The notes below the pieces were generated by a model. It worked only from the letters and a program-made list of their open reading frames with translations. It searched no databases and was not told where the DNA came from. A stretch of 64,000 nucleotides of DNA from assembly GCA_965655095.1 (NCBI GenBank), contig OZ296649.1:87854001-87918000 (forward strand). The letters run 5' to 3'. Within the stretch, counting starts at the first letter, position 1; each line of letters begins with the position of its first letter. This DNA is from Haplodiscus bocki. Lineage: Eukaryota. Position numbers and translations under genes: made by a program. Below, piece by piece: positions 11,481 to 24,406 of this stretch.

Positions 11481-14400
11481 TTGAAATTTCAAAATCTTAC
11501 CATAGACTTCTCTTTGAAAAGGCGTTAAACTGGAAAAAATCATCGCACATCTCTGGAGTTGGAAATCAGAGTTTCGAGTAGTTCGGAGTTGGGCGACCCT
11601 GTTGGTTTGTCAAACCTGTGAAAATGAAAATCTATAATCAATTGAGTCAGTCCGACCCCAAAATCATCCGGGTTACGTATTTTTGCTAATGGAATCAACT
11701 GAGGGTCAATTTCAATCAGGTTTTCAGCCTATGCTTCATTTAAAATTTCGCAATGCGCTATTTCAGTTTGATTAATGTTATTTGATTATCGGAAAGATTT
11801 ATCGCTGAAAAGAAAACTTTTCTGTCATCATCAATTGCACAATCAGACGAAGCAGTGCAAGGCTATATTTGTCCTCTAGTTGAGCACTACGATTAACAAG
11901 TCCTGGAGAAGATTTGTACTCAAAGAAAAAACTTTGAGAGTAGATTCTGAAAGTACTTCCGATTGAAGCGCAACACGAACTTTTTTCGTCAAAATCAAGG
12001 GAATTTTCGGGAATTTTTTACCTATAGTACGACATAATATGATTCAACTGAACAGTTAGGTCCGGTATTTGTAACAAAATGATCTTCGGATCGATAAAAA
12101 AACTGTATTTTTTTTGAAGAAAGGATTTCCAAGAATAGCGCTAATTATTGTAGGCAGTATCAAAAAACTGTCTCGGAAACAATGGGGCCCGATTTGGAAT
12201 GACACATTCGCTTATTTAAAAATCGAAACCCACTGACCAGAGGCCATTAGAATTAAAAGAACGTTTTCCTATATCTATAAATTTAGCGTTATTTAATTTA
12301 GGGTTTTTAAACAATGATTCGAGTAACGCATTACCACAGGAGCCTGTATCTATCAATACTCGCCGTTTCATTTGCTCAAAAAGTTTAGGTCTACCGTAAA
12401 AGAAGTTTTTTCCCACGATAAAGAGAACAGCACACATTTTTGGAGTGTCAATCTGAGAAAATTCGTTATATGTATCTGGTTTTTCCGACTGGACTTCCTT
12501 TACACGAATAGGTTTTTCAATCATGTACCGCTTAGTTTTGGAATTCTGATTAAATGTGCAATCGGCGTATAGGAGGATTTTCTCTGAAGGTGCAATAGGT
12601 TGCTAAAAGATTACGAGAGCCGCATTCATGACACGCCGTTGTGGACTGTTGTGAAAAAGGCCTTTAATTAGAATCAGGCGTAAAAACTTCAAACGTAGGG
12701 CTTACTTGAAAGTTAGAGCTCTGAGCATGAAAAAGAAATTTCTGATTTTTTCGCCGGAAACTATGATTTTTCGGCGGAAGCTTCGAGGTATGTGGCTGGA
12801 GAAAAGAATTCGAAATTTGCGATTGAGAAAAATTCTCTTGAGACTATTATTGTGGCCTATAACTGGTCAATATTTAATTTCGCCACTGAGGTCGTTGAAA
12901 GTTCGGCGGAGGTCCTCTGAATCCTCGAGTGCTACCACAGGAGAGGCCTCTGAAATTACCACGATTTCCTCGCAAAGAAATTGGATTTTGCCCGCCATTT
13001 TATTTTGTGAGAAAAAGCCTCTCTGTGGCTGATTTTGGTTTTTCAGAGAGTCATTTTTGTTGAGGTAGCATTGCGTTTTTCGAGCTTTTTGGACACTTCT
13101 TTTGAGCGATTATCCAGGGCTTTTTCAGTAGTGCTCGGTTTCGTAAGGGCACTAATAAATGTCACTATTACTGAAAGACCCACACCACTAAAAGCATCCA
13201 TCACAGAGTCATCACAGGTTAGGGATTGACCACTGTTTGCGTGTAAAAGTATATATGTCTTCAGCCGTAGTGTTTGAAAGTTGTTGCGGCACCATCGGAA
13301 CTCACTTCGCTAACCACTTAATCTGAGCTGACCTAGCAGCAGGAAAGAACGAGAAATGAAGCACACGGTTCATGCGGAACCTCGCCGAGGACAAAAATCC
13401 ACCCAGAAAATTCATTCGCTAACAAGTCATGGAGACCTGAAACACATCACATTGGGCGACAAAATGGCATTCGAGCGTTTTTCCTACAAAAGTCCAACTG
13501 AAGGAAATACCCCAGACACATGGTTTCAATTAATAAAGTTCTTTTGTTCAACAAGACACCTGGCTACCGGGATATTTTCCACCCTCCGACTTGTTAAAAA
13601 TGCGTTTTTAGGAAAAAATTACCCTTCTATCTGCGTTCTATATCACAGTGGCTAATTTCTCCCAACTTTGAAATGAACGCAGTTTTTATGCAAAAACCTA
13701 ACATTTTGAAGCAAACAGGTATTTTTCAAAAATATTACCTTTTTTATCCGCATTCTACATCAAATCTGCAGCTTTCTCCCATTTTTTTCAAATTTCGATT
13801 TCCAAAAATTTTTTTTTCACTAAAAAACCCTATTTTCGTACGTTCTCAAGAAAACCTACTGTTCATTCGCACTATACGGCAAATTTGATATAATTTGGTC
13901 CTAACTTCGCAAACTCAAAATATCTCTTCCCGAATCATAAATTGGCACGTGAGCGTTAAAAACCGAAAGCTTTGAGTTGATGATTTTCGTTCCATAATTG
14001 AAAATGGGCGGAAACAATTTCTGTGTTTTCCAACATTTCTCCAACATTAAGGAACAAATCGAACAAAAACTGATTTTTAAAGAAGCTACGCTACTACTAG
14101 TACTGCTGATTAACCCTTTACTGGCGACTGATCTGGTAAGCTTTCAACAAACGGTTTCTCAAAATTAGGCTCAAAACAAGGGGTGACTATACTTTGCGCA
14201 AAATCAATTTCCCAAAGGGCTAAAATTCCGGACTATTTACAACGTCGAAAAGCCATGAGTTATCGATAGATAGCCACGAAATTTTCTACGCTTTCAATAG
14301 TCTGGAATTTTTCTGGGCTTCGAATGTTCATAGCGATGGGAAGTCACCCAAAGAAGCAGTCAGAACAAATTTTTATGTTGTCAAACTTAATAAATAACCT

Positions 14401-17400
14401 TGATCGGTTCAATAAATCAACTTCAAAGAAAATGCTGCTCTTCTGGACAAGAGTTGCTGACAGGAGCTACTGGTACGATCATCGCAATGGGTATATCTGC
14501 CAAAGTTCCAGTGGTGTCAGCCAAAGACGACAATGGCGAAATAAGCAATCGAAGAGGATCATGCAAAAAGGGTGATAAGATTGGCGATGACAGGATTCAA
14601 TGTGATATATGTGATGGCTGATACCACAGAAGAAGAAAAACTTTTATTCAAAAACAGATAGAGCATCCATTTTCACTAGGAAACATAAAGATTAAATCTG
14701 ATAAGAACGCAGTATACGAGAGGGAAATAGTCTTAGTTCATGTTCAAATTTGGTTGCCTCAACTGGTGGACTTTTTTCTCGTAAACCGGACGTTCCTAAG
14801 GCTCTTTTTGGCAGTATTTCGTGGAGGACATGATTCTCCCCTTGGTCAAGGATCTGTCTGTATAGTTTTTTATCGGAGATACGGATGATGTCTTTTATAG
14901 GAGTGTACTCGTTGATGATCCCAAGACGAACTGCTTTAGACTGAACGCTGTCAATCTTTCGGAGGTTCTCATCAGATCTTCCGCCCCAAACTGAGCAGCA
15001 ATACGTAAGTGTGGGTGATACCAGAGCCTTATAAAGAAGTGTTAGTTCACGAATAGAGAACCCAATTCACCTTAACCGAAAAACAACGTATAACTTGGCA
15101 GTGGCTCCTTTTGTGATGCCTTTCACATGATCATTGAAACTCAACTTTTCGTCGAATAAGATGCCAAGTAATTTAACAGAAGACTTCCTGTCGATGCCAG
15201 AGATAGGTGGAACGTCATGTCGACCAAAAATCAACAGCATTTCGGAGCTTTTGTCAGCGTTGAAACAGAGGTTCTTGGAGCAGAAGTGGTCACCAAATTT
15301 ATGTATAACATCGAGTGCGTTGCCTCCGTCTGTACAAGTTCCGCCTATCAAAGGAGTGTTATCATCAGCATAAACTGTGATTCGTGTACTAGGTGACATT
15401 AAAAAATCGCATCGAAAGGTGTCATTGACGGCATAATTGAAGAAAATAGGACCCGTTATTGTCCCCTGGGGAACACCAAGATTAGTTGAAGCCGGCGATG
15501 AAAATCTGGAACCCAATGATGTGTAATGACTGCGAGAAGTTGGAAAACACTTTGAAACGTGCACCATATATTCGTTAAGCGGGGATACGCATCGGGATAT
15601 TTCTTTGAAGATTTTCGAATGTTGAATAGTGTCAAAGGCCTTTGACATGTCCAGTGTAATAAGTCGAATATAGTTGTAATTTTTCGCAGAGAATACACGT
15701 CATGAAGTAGGTTAATAAGGACGCTGCACAATCAACTATTCTGTCGAAAACAAAATTGATTCGAGCAAATATACGTGTTATGGGGCTTCTTTATCTATTT
15801 ATCGAATAGCATGCGTTCAAATAAACCTCGACAATATTGGAGTGACTGCGATTGGTCGAAAATGATTCGGAAGTGTTGGTCGAGCGACTTTTGGAATAGG
15901 TATGATATTAGATATCTTGAAAAAGTCAGGGACAGTGCGTGAGAGTAAGATAAGATTAAACAACGAGCAAATGTGTTCTAAAGTTTTAGCTGCGTAAGTA
16001 ATTATCCAAAAGGGAAGACCACTAACTTCGTGTGACGTCTGTTTCTGTTTCTTCAGATAATGATGAACCTCTAGAGGGTAAAAACAGGGGATTTCCCCTG
16101 TTGGAAATTCAATTTTCTCTAATTGTGGCTGGCCGTTAGGGTCATTTGAAAACGAATTGAAATACCGATTATAGTTATTCACATCAACGTTGACAGGCGA
16201 CGCAGGTTGTTTCTCTTTCGAAAGACTATTGATATGTGTCCACCATTTGCGGGAGCCAACTTTATCGAGAGTTCGGCAGTTCTTCCGAACAAGTTTTCGA
16301 ATACGCTCCTTCAAGTCTATAACTTTAGCTGCATTTTGTTTGCGTAATTGTTCGTTTCGCTGTTTTATTAGCAGTTTGACGCTTCTTGAGCACAACGAAT
16401 GATTTCTGCAGGACGCGTTGTGTCTTGATCGAACCGAGCTTGTTCAGCAGCCCTAGCTGCTGCACATGCGTCAATTGGTGCAACTGCCGGAGGATTTGGA
16501 TCCGGATAGGCTTTCATGGCTTTGGTTTGCAGGGTTACAAGAAAATGTCCCGAAATGTCAGTTTTACAGTCAAAGTTAATGTTTTCAAGAACTAAAACAT
16601 GTAAATCGTACAATTGTGGATTGCAAAAGCGATCCAGAAGAGTTGATATCGAAAGTTCTACATTTTGAAGTCTAGCCGAATGCAAAGATTGAAAATATCG
16701 AGAGCTGCATCTCGAAGATACAATTGCAAAATGTTAGCTTATTGATTAGCAGGAATCGCTGTTACGGCTAAAATACTTGGTAGTAGTTATTCAAAGTAGC
16801 GAGAATTTTTTTCTCAGCCAGAATAAGCCTTGAGTGTAAGTTCAGGATGAGTCAAAATTAAAGAGTTTAAAAGTTAGGTTAAGTTAATTTAAGTTCAAAG
16901 GATAAATGATTTAATTAGATTAAAGAACAAAAAACTGGAAACCAATCGAAAGAAAACTGTTATTGAAAACAAAAAGTGGTCCTTGAAACAAGTCTGTTAC
17001 TCTTGAAACAAAATTTCTTGCAAAGTGGAAAAATACGTGCAAAGAGTTTTCGGAAGTGTTTTTTTGTGCAGTTTTTCGTAAAAACCGTTGAATGATTAAC
17101 AATCGACGGAGAAAGTGGAGAAGACGACTGTGCCACCCAAGTACACAATAAAATCAAACTGAAAATTCAGACTTTCATACAACTAGATTTTTGTAAAAAT
17201 AAAATAAAATTGAGGAACTGGCAGAGAAGGAAATTATCTCGAAAATTTCGCTGAAAGTTGAACTAATCGAAAAGAAAATCAAAAATGAAAGGAAGAAGTT
17301 GGCAGATGTTGCTCCAAGTTGAATGAAAACAATTTGAAACAGGTCGAAGCGTTGGAATATCTTCAAACTTAAAATATCAAAACAATCTTCGAACTCACCA

Positions 17401-18130
17401 ACATCTATGATAAACTTGAATTGAGACATCTCAATAAACAACTGACTAAAAATGGAAATCCAAGCATCGCTTTGTCGTTATGCCCAAACTGAACATCAGT
17501 CGTACGTCAATTGCAGAAGTGCCTCTCCAAAGGTTAAACTGCTACTTGTCGGGTGTCAATAGCGAAATCACACAGAAGTCCAAACTTTTGACCAGGAAAA
17601 GTTTTACAACAACCGTTACATTGAAATCCAGTGATTTTTGAGATTTATTTCTGCGAGACACACAGCACTCGCGTCAGACAACTTTTGCAATCTTTGTCAA
17701 TTTTCAAGGATACTGCCGATCCTTCTTCTTTTGTAGTTGTGCAGCTCCGTGGATCTGGAACTGGACTTGAGCGTGTAACTGGATCTGGTGTTGATGATGC
17801 GTGACTGGGTTTGGTGGATGATGTAAAGGGATCGCAGCGGGTGGTTGGTAGGGAGCACAAGCGAGCCCTTTACTCCAAAAAGGATAGTATTTCTCTGTAT
17901 AGCAGGACAGCATTGTCTCCTTCCTATCACCAACTTGAATGTTTGTCTCTTGGGTCTTGTATTTTTCGACGAGACAAGAGATTTTGGCTGAGCGGGAAAG
18001 AGCTTCAGATGCTTGGGTCACAATCCGTTCCGTTAGTTAAAACTAAATCTTTCAATTACTACTCTCCTGAGCTCGTTATTTTATGCTCAGTATTGTTTTC
18101 CATTAACTAAACATGATGAAAAATTTACTT
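11481..18130. repeat. 6.64-kb tandem segmental duplication, unit 2
   Basis: Near-identical to 4838-11480. Homology ends at ...ACATGATGAAAAATTTACTTGAA (about 18130); TTGAA is shared at the junction. Confidence 0.97.
14626..16381 (-). mobile_element. CR1-group LINE 3' half, copy 2
   Basis: Duplicate of 7979-9734 (ORFs 15067-15648 and 15817-16395). Confidence 0.93.
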
Positions 18131-18502
18131 GAATTGTTTAAAGTTCAAAATTAAATTATTCGAATGTTAAGGAATTTTGAGTTCTAAATTCAAGTTCAAC
18201 TGTCTTCAGCTGATGCAATTTGTTCCAGCACATGACAGCTCTTGTTACAACGAACTTGTTTTGTTTTCGTACTGAAGTCGCATTACACTGAATAAATGAT
18301 TTACGAGCCCGAAATTATTGAAACGCAGCAAGTTTCGAGATAGGCGTCTACACAAAATAAATCTCCACGAGCATTGCCAAACCACAACGACTAAAAGAAC
18401 TTGGCTTCAAGAAGAAGTGTTCTGAACAAAAAATAACAGGACATATTTTAAATTTGATAGTAAAAAAATTGCAAAAAAAGGATCCCAGTGACAAAAAGCG
18501 TG

Positions 18503-19004
18503 TTATTTTGCGCCATATTCTTAGGAAAAAGAGGGCAAAATCTGCTTCTCAATTGAGCCATTTCCGACGTTTTTTTTTCAGCCGATGTTTGCCGATTGCG
18601 TTCACGCCACTTCGGCAAGTTTACTCACGCTACTGAACGTGGAACTACTTATTGACCAAATTGTAGCAAATTGGCCGTCGAAAGCGACAGAAATAGTAAA
18701 ATTTCTCAAAACGTTCGAAATTTGGGTCTTTTTTGAAAAAATAGATGGGTTTCTCCAAAAAAATTGATTTTTTTGACATCCCTAAAGGTGGCAAATTTGC
18801 TGCAGAATGCGTATCAAATGGTAATGTTTCCACCCTAAATTTGAGGTTTTTTTTGGCAAAAAAAATAAACATTGAGCGTGGAAAAAACTAGAGAATATGA
18901 TGAGTGCTTTTTTTCGAAGAAAAAACGTTTTCATCTTTTTTAAAAGCCTTCTTTACAAAAATGGGAAGGCGCAAAATATGCCGCTGGTAGCCGGCCGTTT
19001 TGTT
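18503..19004 (+). mobile_element. Non-autonomous Helentron-like element (HINE/DINE-1 architecture); 3' remnant repeated at 20293-20380
   Basis: Perfect 11-bp subterminal inverted repeat TATTTTGCGCC (18504-18514) / GGCGCAAAATA (18968-18978), a partial inverted copy GGGCAAAAT near 18533, a 3' hairpin GCTGG-TAG-CCGGC, and a TTGTT end. Confidence 0.65.
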
Positions 19005-19095
19005 AGATTTTCCAGGAAAACTGATATAAAGTTTAAAAAGCGTTGTCAAAGCACCTTAGATTTCATACGACAATAGTGGTCTTCGGGTTTAAAAC

Positions 19096-19179
19096 CTACA
19101 GTATCCGGGCATGAGTTTCATCAGCAGGTAGGGTAACCACAATTCCATCCATCCATTCTTCTATTTTAACCTGGCATCC
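19096..19179 (-). pseudogene. Orphan diverged copy of FDX1 exon 4, 5'-truncated
   Basis: Reads [27 protein letters not shown] versus [27 protein letters not shown] in the intact gene. It is part of the duplication 18916-19179 = 20293-20555. Confidence 0.9.
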
Positions 19180-20288
19180 TTTCGTCAAAATCAAGGGATT
19201 TTTCAGGAATTTTTTACATGTAGTACGACATAATATGATTCAACTGAAAAGTTAAATCCGGTATTTGTAACAAATTGTTCTTCGGATAGATAGTAAAACT
19301 GTGTTTTTTTGAAGAAAGGATTTCCAAGAATAGCGCTAATTATTGTAGGCAGTATCAAAAAACTGTCTCGGAAACAATGGGGCCCGATTTGGAATGACAC
19401 ATTCGCTTATTTAAAAATCGAAACCCACTGACCAGAGGCCATTAGAATTAAAAGAACGTTTTCCTATATCTATAAATTTAGCGTTATTTAATTTAGGGTT
19501 TTTAAACAATGATTCGAGTAACGCATTACCACAGGAGCCTGTATCTATCAATACTCGCCGTTTCATTTGCTCAAAAAGTTTAGGTCTACCGTAAAAGAAG
19601 TTTTTTCCCACGATAAAGAGAACAGCACACATTTTTGGAGTGTCAATCTGAGAAAATTCGTTATATGTATCTGGTTTTTCCGACTGGACTTCCTTTACAC
19701 GAATAGGTTTTTCAATCATGTACCGCTTAGTTTTGGAATTCTGATTAAATGTGCAATCGGCGTATAGGAGGATTTTCTCTGAAGGTGCAATAGGTTGCTA
19801 AAAGATTACGAGAGCCGCATTCATGACACGCCGTTGTGGACTGTTGTGAAAAAGGCCTTTAATTAGAATCAGGCGTAAAAACTTCAAACGTAGGGCTTAC
19901 TTGAAAGTTAGAGCTCTGAGCATGAAAAAGAAATTTCTGATTTTTTCGCCGGAAACTATGATTTTTCGGCGGAAGCTTCGACTATGTGGCTGGAGAAAAG
20001 AATTCGAAAATTGCGATTGAAAAAAATTCTCTTGAGACTGTTATTGTGGCCTATAACTGGTCGAATTTTAATTTCGCCACTGAGGTTGTTGAAAGTTCGG
20101 CGGAGGTCCTCTGAATCCTCGAGTGCTACCGCGGGAGAGGCCTCTGAAAATACGACGATTTCCTCGCAAAGAAACTGGGGTTTGCCCGCGATTTTGTGAG
20201 AAAGAGCCTCTCTGTGGCTGTTTTTGGTTTTTCAGAGAGTCATTTTTGTTGAGGTAGCATTGCGTTTTTCGAACTTTTTGGACACTTC
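19180..20288 (-). mobile_element. Third partial copy of the Gypsy gag/protease region (equivalent to about 5341-6453)
   Basis: ORF 19411-19719 translates identically to ORF 12216-12524. Confidence 0.95.
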
Positions 20289-20471
20289 ATTTGAAGAAAA
20301 AACGTTTTCATTCTTTTAAAAGCCTTCTTTACAAAAATGGGAAGGCGCAAAATATGCCGCTGGTAGCCGGCCGTCTTGTTAGATTTTCCAGGAAAACTGA
20401 TGTAAAGTTTAAAAAGCGTTGTCAAAGCACCTTAGATTTCATACGACAATAGTGGTCTTCGGGTTTGCAAC

Positions 20472-21415
20472 CTACAGAATCCGGGCATCAGCTTTATCAG
20501 CAGGTACGGTAACCACAATTCCATCCATCCACTCTTCTATCTTGACCTGGCATCCCAGTCGAGACCTAAACAATTTAACTGAAACAACAACATTCGATAC
20601 TTTCGGAGACAGACCTTTATTTTGTGAGCAGAAAATACGTTAGTATATTCTTTGAAAAACCAAGAAACATTTAAAAATCTCCAATAGAAATGGGCGAGTT
20701 ACTATATTGCAAACTGATAAACGATGGTCATATTCCATCGTTGAGCGTGCCGTGCCGATCAAGATTTGTGATTAATTACTGAAGCAACACTCAAATATCA
20801 GCTTTTTGTTACAGAGTTTCCGCGGGAGCTGAACGTCTTGAATCAGTCGTATTTTTCCTGGCCAAAGTATGGATTTTCGTTTGAAGTTAGTTATACATCT
20901 CATAATTAAAACAAATAAATCAACCAACTAACGTATCTGACAACCCGATTGCCATGTCAAGCATATCTAATTCATCTTCAGTAGCAGTTGCAGCCAGCTT
21001 CTTGAAATCATTTTCCGAATAAATTAAATGGCATGTTACACAAGCCATGGTTCCTTCACAGGCGCCTAAACACAAGCGGAGAAGTTTGTTTCTTTGTCAT
21101 GACACAAAAACTAAATGCCATAAAAGGAAGCAAACCGAATCCATCCAAATCAATATCATTGTCGATAACAACATCGTAAAAATTCGACCCAACTTTGCCT
21201 TTAGTTGTGAGAATCTCTCCAGTTCGTTCCTTTTTGAAATGTAGCGTCACCAGTCTTTTGCTGAAGTTTAGAAATGTCAAACTACTTTAACCATTAGCGG
21301 AAACTTCAATTCACATGGAAGAAAATTACCTTGCATTTGATGAGGAAAGTCGCAGTGCACCAGGTTGACCAGTCAGCGAAAATATTAATCGAGTGTTTTG
21401 AAGATAGCTTCTCAT
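20472..21415 (-). CDS. FDX1: Mitochondrial 2Fe-2S ferredoxin (adrenodoxin), 4 exons: join(21415-21330, 21260-21136, 21065-20933, 20565-20472), 145 aa
   Basis: Three GT-AG introns (69, 70 and 367 bp) splice in phase to a 438-nt CDS: [145 protein letters not shown]. All four Cys ligands are present and the leader is acid-free and R/S/L-rich. The DGFGACEG motif and the lack of a C-terminal PKPH indicate FDX1 rather than FDX2. Confidence 0.95.
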
Positions 21416-21866
21416 TGAAAATGCTTCATTTCACGTACAGAATCGTAATTCCGTTTATTTGACAAAAATACTTTGGAAAAGCCGACTTCAACGGAAACTG
21501 AAATTTCTTCTCCAAATAAGATTATCAATCGTGAAGATCTTAATCTTTATCACTAAACTATTGCCATCTACCTGTCGCTTTGATTTTTATTAAATTTATC
21601 ATTTTTTCACTAATACAGGTTTGATAATTAGTTTATCTAGTTTCATGTCAGCATAAGAATATAGTGTCGTTTACTCTTGAAAAGCATTTTGTGCCAAGTC
21701 CTGTATTCAGCATAATGGTTTTCTATTTAGGTGCTAGAATTTCATCTCAAACAAATAAATTAAGCGTAAAATATTTCATCAAAACTGGCAACCTGTTGTC
21801 GAGGGATCGGAACGTTATCCTAGAATCATCAGTAGTGACAATTTTTCTGAATGTTTCAATGTTCAA

Positions 21867-24406
21867 CACCATCGGAACTCACTTCGCTAACCACTGAATC
21901 TGAGCTGACCTAACAGCAGGAAAGAACGAGAAATGAAGCACACGGTTCATGCGGAACCTCGCCGAGGACAAAAATCCACCCAGAAAATTCATTCGCTAAC
22001 AAGTCATGGAGACCTGAAACACATCACATTGGGCGACAAAGTGGCATTCGAGCGTTTTTCCTACAAAAGTCCAACTGAAGGAAATACCCCAGACACATGG
22101 TTTCAATTAATAAAGTTCTTTTGTTCAACAAGACACCTGGCTAACGGGATATTTTCCACCCTCCGACTTGTTAAAAATGCGTTTCTAGGAAAAAATTACA
22201 CTTCTATCTGCGTTCTAAATCACATTGGCTAATTTCTCCCAACCTTGAAATGAACGCATTTTTTAAGCAAAAACCTAACATTTTGAAGCAAACAGGTATT
22301 TTTCAGAAATATTACCTTTTTATCCGCATTCTACATCAAATTTGCAGCTTTCTCCCATTTTTTTCAAATTTCGTTTTTTTACTAAAAAACCCTATTTTCG
22401 TACGTTCTCAAGAAAACCTACTGTTCATTCGCACTATACGGCAAATTTGATATAATTTGGTCCTAACTTCGCAAACTCAAAATATCTCTTCCCGAATCAT
22501 AAATTGGCACGTGAGCGTTAAAAACCGAAAGCTTTGAGTTGATGATTTTCGTTCCATAATTGAAAATGGGCGAAAACAATTTCTGTGTTTTCCAACATTT
22601 CTCCAACATTGAGGAACAAATCGAACAAAAACTGATTTTTAAAGAAGCTACGCTACTAATAGTACTGCTGATTAACCCTTTACTGGCGACTGATCTGGTA
22701 AGCTTTCAACAAACGGTTTCTCAAAATTAGGCTCAAAACAAGGGGTGACTATACTTTGCGCAAAATCAATTTCCCAAAGGGCTAAAATTCCGGACTATTT
22801 ACAACGTCGAAAAGCCATGAGTTATCGATAAATAGCCACGAAATTTTCTACGCTTTCAATAGTCTGGAATTTTTCTGGGCTTCGAATGTTCATAGCGATG
22901 GGAAGTCACCCAAAGAAGCAGTCAGAACAAATTTTTATGTTGTCAAACTTAATAAATAACCTTGATCGGTTCAATAAATCAACTTCAAAGAAAATGCTGC
23001 TCTTCTGGACAAGTGTTGCTGACAGGAGCTACTGGTACGATCATCGCAATGGTTATATCTGCCAAAGTTCCAGTGGTGTCAGCCAAAGACGACAATGGCG
23101 AAATAAGCAATCGAAGAGGATCATGCAAAAAGGGTGATAAGATTGGCGATGACAGGATTCAATGTGATATATGTGATGGCTGATACCACAGAAGAAGAAA
23201 AACTTTTATTCAAAAACAGATAGAGCATCCATTTTCACTAGGAAACATAAAGATTAAATCTGATAAGAACGCAGTATACGAGAGGGAAATAGTCTTAGTT
23301 CATGTTCAAATTTGGTTGCCTCAACTGGTGGACTTTTTTCTCGTAAACCGGACGTTCCTAAGGCTCTTTTTGGCAGTATTTCGTGGAGGACATGATTCTC
23401 CCCTTGGTCAAGGATCTGTCTGTATAGTTTTTTATCGGAGATACGGATGATGTCTTTTATAGGAGTGTACTCGTTGATGATCCCAAGACGAACTGCTTTA
23501 GACTGAACGCTGTCAATCTTTCGGAGGTTCTCATCAGATCTTCCGCCCCAAACTGAGCAGCAATACGTAAGTGTGGGTGATACCAGAGCCTTATAAAGAA
23601 GTGTTAGTTCACGAATAGAGAACCCAATTCACCTTAACCGAAAAACAACGTATAACTTGGCAGTGGCTCCTTTTGTGATGCCTTTCACATGATCATTGAA
23701 ACTCAACTTTTCGTCGAATAAGATGCCAAGTAATTTAACAGAAGACTTCCTGTCGATGCCAGAGATAGGTGGAACCAACTTGTTTCGAGCAAATATACGT
23801 GTTATGGGGGTTTTTAAGTATTTATCGAATAGCATGCGTTCAAATAACCTCGACAATATTGGACTGACGGCGATTGGTCGAAAATGATTCCGAAGTGTTG
23901 GTCGAGCGACGTTTGGAATAGGTATGATATTAGATATCTTGAAAAAGTCAGGAACAGTGCGTGAGAGTAAGATAAGATTAAACAACTAGCAAATGTGTTC
24001 TTCTAAAGTTTCAGCTGCGTAAGTAAATATCCAAAAGGGAAGACCACTAAATTCGTGTGACGTCCGTTTTTGTTTCTTCAGATAATGATGAACCTCCAGA
24101 GGGTAAAAACAGGGGATTTCTCCTGTTGGAAATTCAATTTTCTCTAATTGTGGCTGGCCGTTAGGGCCATTTGAAAACGAATTGAAATACCGATTAAAGT
24201 TATTCACATCAACGTTGACAGCCGACGCAGGTTGTTTCTCTTTCGAAAGACTATTGATATGTGTCCACCACTTGCGGGAGCCAACTTTATCGAGAGTTCG
24301 GCAGTTCTTCTGAACAGTTTTTCGAATACGCTCGTTCAAGACTATAACTTTAGCTGCATTTTGTTTGCGTAATTGTTTGTTTCGCTGTTTTATTAGCAAT
24401 TTGACG
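21867..24406. repeat. Segment upstream of FDX1, also present at 6645-9734 and 13291-16381
   Basis: Homology starts at CACCATCGGAACTCAC and ends at TTGACG. This copy lacks about 540 bp of the RT core. Confidence 0.95.

Noticed and set aside
20795-20830. Alternative FDX1 last exon (SRGNSVTKS*) after an AG in intron 3
   Set aside because: It lacks the fourth Cys. The exon at 20565 gives the canonical SRLGCQ.
21850-22015. Two possible small - strand exons upstream of FDX1
   Set aside because: The acceptors look plausible, but the donor (GTTCCG) is weak and the peptide is unrecognisable. RNA data would be needed.
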